NCBI RefSeq assembly: GCF_006345805.1
Contig: NC_043011.1
Coordinates: 20,658,464 to 20,722,463, forward strand
Reading direction: 5' to 3'
Length of the DNA stretch: 64,000 bases
From: Octopus sinensis
Lineage: Eukaryota
The notes beneath the pieces are model-generated. The model was not told the origin of the DNA. It made no database searches and saw only the letters and a program-made list of their open reading frames with translations. Positions within the stretch are counted from its first letter, which is position 1, and each line of letters starts with the position of its first letter. This document shows, piece after piece, positions 61,342-64,000 of the stretch. The translations under genes were made by a program, and so were the position numbers.

Positions 61342-62174
61342 CAGTGCTGGATTAATCATTAATCAAGATAAGCACATGCTTAGGACATCAAAGGAAGTGG
61401 AGGTACCACAGAAATGGTGAATGGCTTACAACACAAAAGAAATCACTTTAAACTTGCTAAAATAATATTCAAGGTAGTGTATATACTCTTTTACTCTTTT
61501 ACTTGTTTCAGTCATTTGATTGCAGCCATGCTGGAGCACCGCCTTTAATCGAGCAACTTGACCCCGAGACTTATTCTTTGTAAGCCCAGTACTTATTCTA
61601 TCGGTCTCTTTTGCCGAACCGCTAAGTGAAGGGGACGTAAACACACCACCATCGGTTGTCAAGCAATGCTAGGGGGACAAACACAGACACACAAACATAC
61701 AGGCACACACATATATATATATATACATATATACGACGGGCTTCTTTCAGTTTCCGTCTACCAAATCCACTCACAAGGCTTTGGTCGGCCCGAGGCTATA
61801 GTAGAAGACACTTGCCCAAGGTGCCACGCAGTGGAACTGAACCCGGAACCATGTGGTTGGTAAGCAAGCTACTTAACACACAGCCACTCCTGAATGGAAA
61901 TATAATTTCAAAGTGTTCATGGTGTCATAGTGAGGATTTGATCAAAGGCTTTACAATTAGAAAAAATGTAGAAAGCTTTTCAAATATAAAGTGGAAACAG
62001 AAAATGATAAAACAAACATTTTTTCCCCATCTTATTCTTAGTTTTGTTTCATTTTGAAAAACAAAAGAAAATCATTTTATGGCTTATTATTGTTTAAATT
62101 TTGAATTACATATATATTGTGGTACCAAAATCTTTTAAGCGCTTAGGGCCTTAATAGGTCTTAATCTGGCCCTG
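61342..62174. mobile_element. hAT-type MITE with nested minus-strand SINE A (61483-61890)
   Basis: TIR cagtgctggattaa / ttaatctggccctg and a 7/8 TSD aagaagtg / gagaagtg. Confidence 0.75.
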
Positions 62175-62268
62175 GAGAAGTGACAGTGTCTGCCACATAT
62201 AGAGGTTTCTCCAAGACTGGTGATATTAACGGAGTAGAAGTTATGTTCAACTATGATATCTCCAGGTT

Positions 62269-62299
<31 letters not shown>

Positions 62300-62527
62300 G
62301 TTTAACATCCGCTTTCCATGCTAGCATGGGTTGGATGAATGACTGAGGGCTGGTGAACCAGATGGCTGCACCAGGCTTCAATCTTGATCTGGCAGAGTTT
62401 CTACAGCTGGATGCCCTTCCTAACGCCAGGAAAAGCGTCTGCTGGAAGAGAATTATTCCAGAGGAAAGATCGAGTTATTTGAATAACTGATATGAAGAAT
62501 TATCATTATTATACTCTGACATATTTG

Positions 62528-62915
62528 CAGGTGTGGCTGTATGGTTAAGAGACTTGCTTCCCAACCATGTGGTCTTGAGTTCAGTCCCATTGCATGGCAC
62601 TTTGGCCATGTTTTTTTACAATAGCTTCAGGCCAACCAAAGCCTTGTGAGTGGATCTAGTAGAGAGAAACTGACAGAAACTTATTGTATGTGCATGTGTG
62701 TGTGTGTGTCTATGTTTGTAATTGATCTCCACCACCACTTGACAACCAGTGTTGGTCTATTTACATCCATGTAACTTAGGAGGTTGGCAAAAGAGAATAA
62801 TAATTGAATAAGTACCAAGGTTAATTATAAGTACTGGGGGTGATTTGTCCAGCTAAGCACTTGAAGGCAGTGCCCCAGCATGGCCAAAGATTAAAACAAA
62901 TAAAAGGTAAAAGAT
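62528..62915 (+). mobile_element. SINE family A, diverged
   Basis: Collinear with the family A consensus. Confidence 0.7.
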
Positions 62916-64000
62916 AAAATAAACATTAATTAAATATTAAGCGAAGTAATTTAGCATATAGGTGTGAAATCAACACCTGGATCGGTCAAACACACACATA
63001 TTCTAATTCAAGCTACAGCATGGGAGAATAACTAATAGAAGACAATTTTTGGCATTGTGAGTGGAATGAGGACAATTATCCCTATAGATTTAAAAATCGA
63101 TCCAGTTTGAAATTCCTAGAACAATACTGAAAACTTGAAATCACCTGAAGAAAGCGTTGGAGCACAATGGTCAAATATTGGTTCCAAATTTTGGCACAAG
63201 GCCAGCAATTTGTGGGGAGAGGTGTAAACCATTTATATCGACCCTAATGCTCAACTGGTACTTATTTTATCAACCCTGAAAGGATGAAAGACAAAGTCGA
63301 TCTTGGTGGAATTTGAACTCAGAATGTAAAGACAGATGAAATACTACAAAGCATTTTGCCTGGCATGCTAACAATTCTGCCAAGTTTACTGCCTTACAAT
63401 GGTCAAAATATTAGGGCTATAACAACTAAGACAAGAACACGAGTTTGAATATGACAGTGTATAACAACAGCTGAATTGTTGATTGCTAAGTCTGGAAGGT
63501 GAGGCTCATGAAAAGTAGAGGTTGAAAGGGGTATGCTGCTAACAAGTGTAGAGAAGCAGATGCCATTGTTGTACCAAAAGAAGGGGGGGAAAAAAGAAGA
63601 AATAGAGCATCTGTGAGCTAGTGGTTGTGGTGTATTGTGCTAATGACTGAATCTATGTTAATTAGGTTGAATGGCTTTCTTTTGGATGCAATCCAGGATA
63701 TGTGTATATGCAGCTGCTGTGATGTCCGGGTGCACCAATTTGAACAATTTCCTTTATGGAATCATTTATTCTTGTCCAGCAAGAATTTAATATGTGCTAA
63801 TGAGAATATATAATCAAGCTGATTCTTTCAGGCTGCACCTTCGTTGATATTTAGAGGTGTTTCGCAAACTATTCTCTTACAAATTTGAATGTCATGTGCA
63901 ACAGAAAAATTATTATTGTATGCATTATTTTCAGATATTAATCTGATATTTATAGGATGCTATATAAACTACATTTATTGTGGTGTCTCTCTGTCAAATC

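Overview
Eukaryotic, AT-rich, repeat-saturated genomic DNA. The SINE, RTE and microsatellite content points to an octopod cephalopod (Octopus-like); this is an inference. One protein-coding gene is well supported. It is a 5-coding-exon, minus-strand CRAL-TRIO gene: join of 23177-22916, 20125-20010, 18790-18569, 16404-16294 and 15254-15114, 852 nt, 283 aa, all introns GT-AG and phase-compatible. It aligns along its length to vertebrate RLBP1/CRALBP. A few weak plus-strand exon candidates lie at 3.7-13.1 kb. Almost everything else is transposon-derived or simple repeat: several tRNA-derived SINE families, RTE/CR1/HERO LINE fragments, Tc1, mariner, maT and rosa-type DNA transposon relics, three non-autonomous Helitrons, hAT and other MITEs, Penelope-type remnants with hammerhead-ribozyme cores, and micro/minisatellites. 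Most ORFs in the supplied track are artefacts of these repeats. No CRISPR, rRNA or genuine tRNA gene was found. I see no clear evidence of a wholly new biological system. The best leads are the CRALBP-like gene, the hammerhead-bearing elements, the fixed-junction SINE multimers and several unexplained long hairpins. Many repeat boundaries are approximate (+/-10-30 nt).
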